From Dehalococcoidia bacterium (GTDB lineage: Bacteria > Chloroflexota > Dehalococcoidia > Lucifugimonadales > UBA3495), in NCBI GenBank assembly GCA_965207275.1, contig CBDBMH010000001.1, positions 553,244 to 617,243 on the forward strand: a stretch of DNA of 64,000 nt, in the 5' to 3' direction. The position numbers and the translations under genes are program-made. Shown piece by piece: positions 61,711 to 64,000 of this stretch. Numbering within the stretch: the first letter of the stretch is position 1; each line of letters begins with the position of its first letter. The notes under the pieces were generated by a model, which saw nothing but the letters and a program-made list of their open reading frames with translations, did not search any database and had not been told where the DNA came from.

Positions 61711-64000
61711 CTAGTCGTCGTCCACGATGGTCATGGTTCCCACCGCGTCGGGCGAGACGAGGCTCCCGGGCAGGAACGCCTCCACCGCGAAGTACTCGTC
61801 CGGCTCCTCATCCTCGTCCTGCTCCAGCCACACCTCCCCCGTCAACTCCGTCACTCCCGGCGCAAACACCAGCTCTCCCTCCGTCGTCTGGTAGTCGGAC
61901 CGGTGCGCCCGGTCGTCCAGCAGGTGGTAGGCCGGCGCGGTGTACCACCGCACCCGGATCTCCTCGGTGGACGCCGCCGACAGCACCACCCGGAACTCCA
62001 GCACGTCGCCCTCCACCGCCGAGGCGTCCGCCACGGTGACGCTGATCTCCACCTCCAGCGCGGCGTCGTCGTCGTCGGCGACGCCGACCGTGGCCGCGCC
62101 CTGGGACGAGGACACGGTGTAGCCGCTGCCGGCGTTCACCGTGGCCGTGACCGAGCCGTCGGTCTCGTCGGCGCTGTCGTCGGTGGTGCCGACGGTGAGG
62201 GTGGCGCTGCCCGTGGTGGGGACGGTCACCGTGCGCTGGCCCGTGGTGGCGCCGTAGTCGCCGCTCTGGGAGACCGTCACGCTCACCGACAGGTTGGCCG
62301 CCGGGGCCGGGCTGGCCGTCACCGTGAAGACGGCGTCGCCGCCCTCGGTCACCCCGCTGCCCGCAGTGACGCTCACCACCGGCGCGGCGTCGTCGTCTGC
62401 GACGCCGACCGTGGCCGCGCCCTGGGACGAGGACACCGTGTAGCCGCCGCCCGCGTTCACCGTGGCCGTCACCGACCCGTCGGTCTCGTCGGCGTCGTCG
62501 TCGGTGGTGCCCACGGTGAGGGTGGCGCTGCCCGTGGTGGGGACGGTCACCGTCCGCTTCCCCGTGGTCGCGCCGTAGTCGCCGCTCTGGGACACCGTTA
62601 CGCTCACCGCCAGGTTGGACGCCGGGGCCGGGCTGGCCGTCACCGTGAAGACGGCGTCGCCGCCCTCGGTCACCCCGCTGCCCGCGGTGACGCTCACCAC
62701 CGGCGTGGGGGCGGCGTCGTTGTCGGCCACGCCGACCGTGACCGCGCCCTGGGACGAGGACACCGTGTAGCCGCTGCCCGCGTCCACCGTGGCCGTCACC
62801 GACCCGTCGGCTTCGTCAGTAGTATCGTCGGTGGTGCCAACGGTGAGGGTGACGCTGCCCGTGGTGGGAACGGTCACCGTCCGCTTCCCCGTGGCGGCGC
62901 CGTAGTCGCCGCTGGCGGACACGGTCACGCTCACGTCCAGGTTGGCCGCCGGGGCCGGGCTGGCGGTCACCGTGAAGACGGCGTCGCCGCCCTCGGTCAC
63001 CCCGCTGCCGCCGCTGACGCTCACCACCGGCGTGGGGGCGGCGTCGTTGTCGGACACGCTGACCGTGGCCGCGCCCTGGGTCGAGGACACGGTGTAGCCG
63101 CTGCCCGCGTTCACCGTGGCCGTCACCGACCCGTCGGTCTCGTCAGTAGTATCGTCGGTGGTGCCCACGGTGAGGGTGGCGCTGCCCGTGGTGGGGACGG
63201 TCACCGTCCGCTTCCCCGTGGTGGCGCCGTAGTCGCCGCTCTGGGACACCGTGACGCTCACGTCCAGGTTGGCCGCCGGGGCCGGGCTGGCGGTCACCGT
63301 GAAGACGGCGTCGCCGCCCTCGGTCACCCCGCTGCCCGCGCTGACGCTCACCACCGGCGTGGGGGCGGCGTCGTTGTCGGACACGGCCACCGTGGCCGCG
63401 CCCTGGGACGAGGACACGGTGTAGCCGCTGCCGGCGTTCACCGTGGCGGTCACCGACCCGTCTGTCTCGTCCGTACTGTCGTCCGTGGTGCCCACGGTGA
63501 GGGTGACGCTGCCCGTGGTGGGTATCGTCACCGTCCGCTGGCCCGTGGTGGCGCCGTAGTCGCCGCTCTGCGACACCGTGACGCTCACGTCCAGATTGGA
63601 CGACGGGGCCGGGCTGGCCGTCACCGTGAAGGTGGCGGAGCCGCCCTCGGTCACCCCGCTGCCAGCGGTGACGCTCACCTCAGGCGTGGGCGGCGGAGGA
63701 GGCGTCTGCGCTGACGCCGCTTCCAGGGCCGTCAGCTCGGTCACCACCTCGTCCCAGACGGGACTGCTGTGTTTGTCCGCCATCTCCTGGGCCTCGGACG
63801 CCGTCATCGGGCCGCCCGTGACGCCGGTGCCGTCGTGCTCGCCGAAGGCCAGCAGCACCCGGTTCCAGCGGTTCACGTGGGCCGTGCCGTGCTGCGTCTG
63901 CGACGCCAGCTCCCTGACCTTCGCGATCACGTCCGGGTCCACCGTGTAGCCCGTCTGCTCGTCAACGACCGGGTCGTCGTTGTCTGCGACGCCGACCGTG
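61711..64000 (-). CDS. Paralogous giant Calx-beta-repeat protein, 5' end outside the window (partial, more than 763 aa)
   Basis: The frame stays open from 63943 to the window edge (...TVGVADNDDPVVDEQTGYT VDPDVIAKV), mirroring residues of the upstream paralog. Five 109-aa units and the same terminal domain ending TMTIVDDD. Confidence 0.85.
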   Translation of the reverse strand, partial: TVGVADNDDPVVDEQTGYTVDPDVIAKVRELASQTQHGTAHVNRWNRVLLAFGEHDGTGVTGGPMTASEAQEMADKHSSPVWDEVVTELTALEAASAQTPPPPPTPEVSVTAGSGVTEGGSATFTVTASPAPSSNLDVSVTVSQSGDYGATTGQRTVTIPTTGSVTLTVGTTDDSTDETDGSVTATVNAGSGYTVSSSQGAATVAVSDNDAAPTPVVSVSAGSGVTEGGDAVFTVTASPAPAANLDVSVTVSQSGDYGATTGKRTVTVPTTGSATLTVGTTDDTTDETDGSVTATVNAGSGYTVSSTQGAATVSVSDNDAAPTPVVSVSGGSGVTEGGDAVFTVTASPAPAANLDVSVTVSASGDYGAATGKRTVTVPTTGSVTLTVGTTDDTTDEADGSVTATVDAGSGYTVSSSQGAVTVGVADNDAAPTPVVSVTAGSGVTEGGDAVFTVTASPAPASNLAVSVTVSQSGDYGATTGKRTVTVPTTGSATLTVGTTDDDADETDGSVTATVNAGGGYTVSSSQGAATVGVADDDAAPVVSVTAGSGVTEGGDAVFTVTASPAPAANLSVSVTVSQSGDYGATTGQRTVTVPTTGSATLTVGTTDDSADETDGSVTATVNAGSGYTVSSSQGAATVGVADDDDAALEVEISVTVADASAVEGDVLEFRVVLSAASTEEIRVRWYTAPAYHLLDDRAHRSDYQTTEGELVFAPGVTELTGEVWLEQDEDEEPDEYFAVEAFLPGSLVSPDAVGTMTIVDDD
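62040..63690 (-). repeat. About 5 tandem 327-bp coding repeats in the second giant gene
   Basis: Same unit as 55990-57330. I counted the period as 109 aa from the protein. Confidence 0.75.

Overview
High-GC window with strong AGGAGG-type ribosome-binding sites and many spurious shadow ORFs. Codon usage looks Chloroflexi- or Actinobacteria-like. I see four blocks.
(1) 1-32.5 kb is the backbone of a conjugative plasmid or ICE. It has a minus-strand Gram-positive-type T4SS cluster: VirB6/TrbL-like, two pilin-like genes, PrgI/VirB3-like, VirB4 ATPase, coupling protein, replication-relaxation-like protein and an XRE regulator. A central non-coding region holds an AT-rich GTTGTTAAY triplet and four iteron-like 41-42 bp repeats. 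Plus-strand establishment and recombination genes follow: CHC2/Toprim primase, Rad52-like annealase, TSCPD, Cas4-like exonuclease, SSB, RadC, N6-adenine methyltransferase and SNF2 helicase. Next is a PRTRC-type ubiquitin-like cassette (Ubl, JAB, ThiF/E1) whose protein B gene is split by an IS1380-like element with a GCCC target duplication. DUF2958-like and NYN genes close the block.
(2) 32.6-43.2 kb holds a 2456-aa repeat-rich secreted protein, a NarL-type two-component system and a lipoprotein.
(3) About 43.2-54.5 kb is a compositionally foreign, lower-GC island of eight plus-strand genes. They encode a restriction-endonuclease-fold protein, an excisionase-type HTH, a coupled operon of GHKL ATPase, an unknown protein and a PAPS-reductase-like PP-loop enzyme, a GIY-YIG nuclease, a DGQHR (DndB/ParB-like) protein, and a 1060-aa P-loop NTPase fused to a phosphoribosyltransferase. 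This is my best candidate for an undescribed DNA-modification/defence system.
(4) 54.9-64 kb holds a small membrane protein and two paralogous giant Calx-beta-repeat secreted proteins, the second truncated by the window edge.
I found no rRNA, convincing tRNA or CRISPR array. All family assignments come from motifs read by eye. No database search was run.
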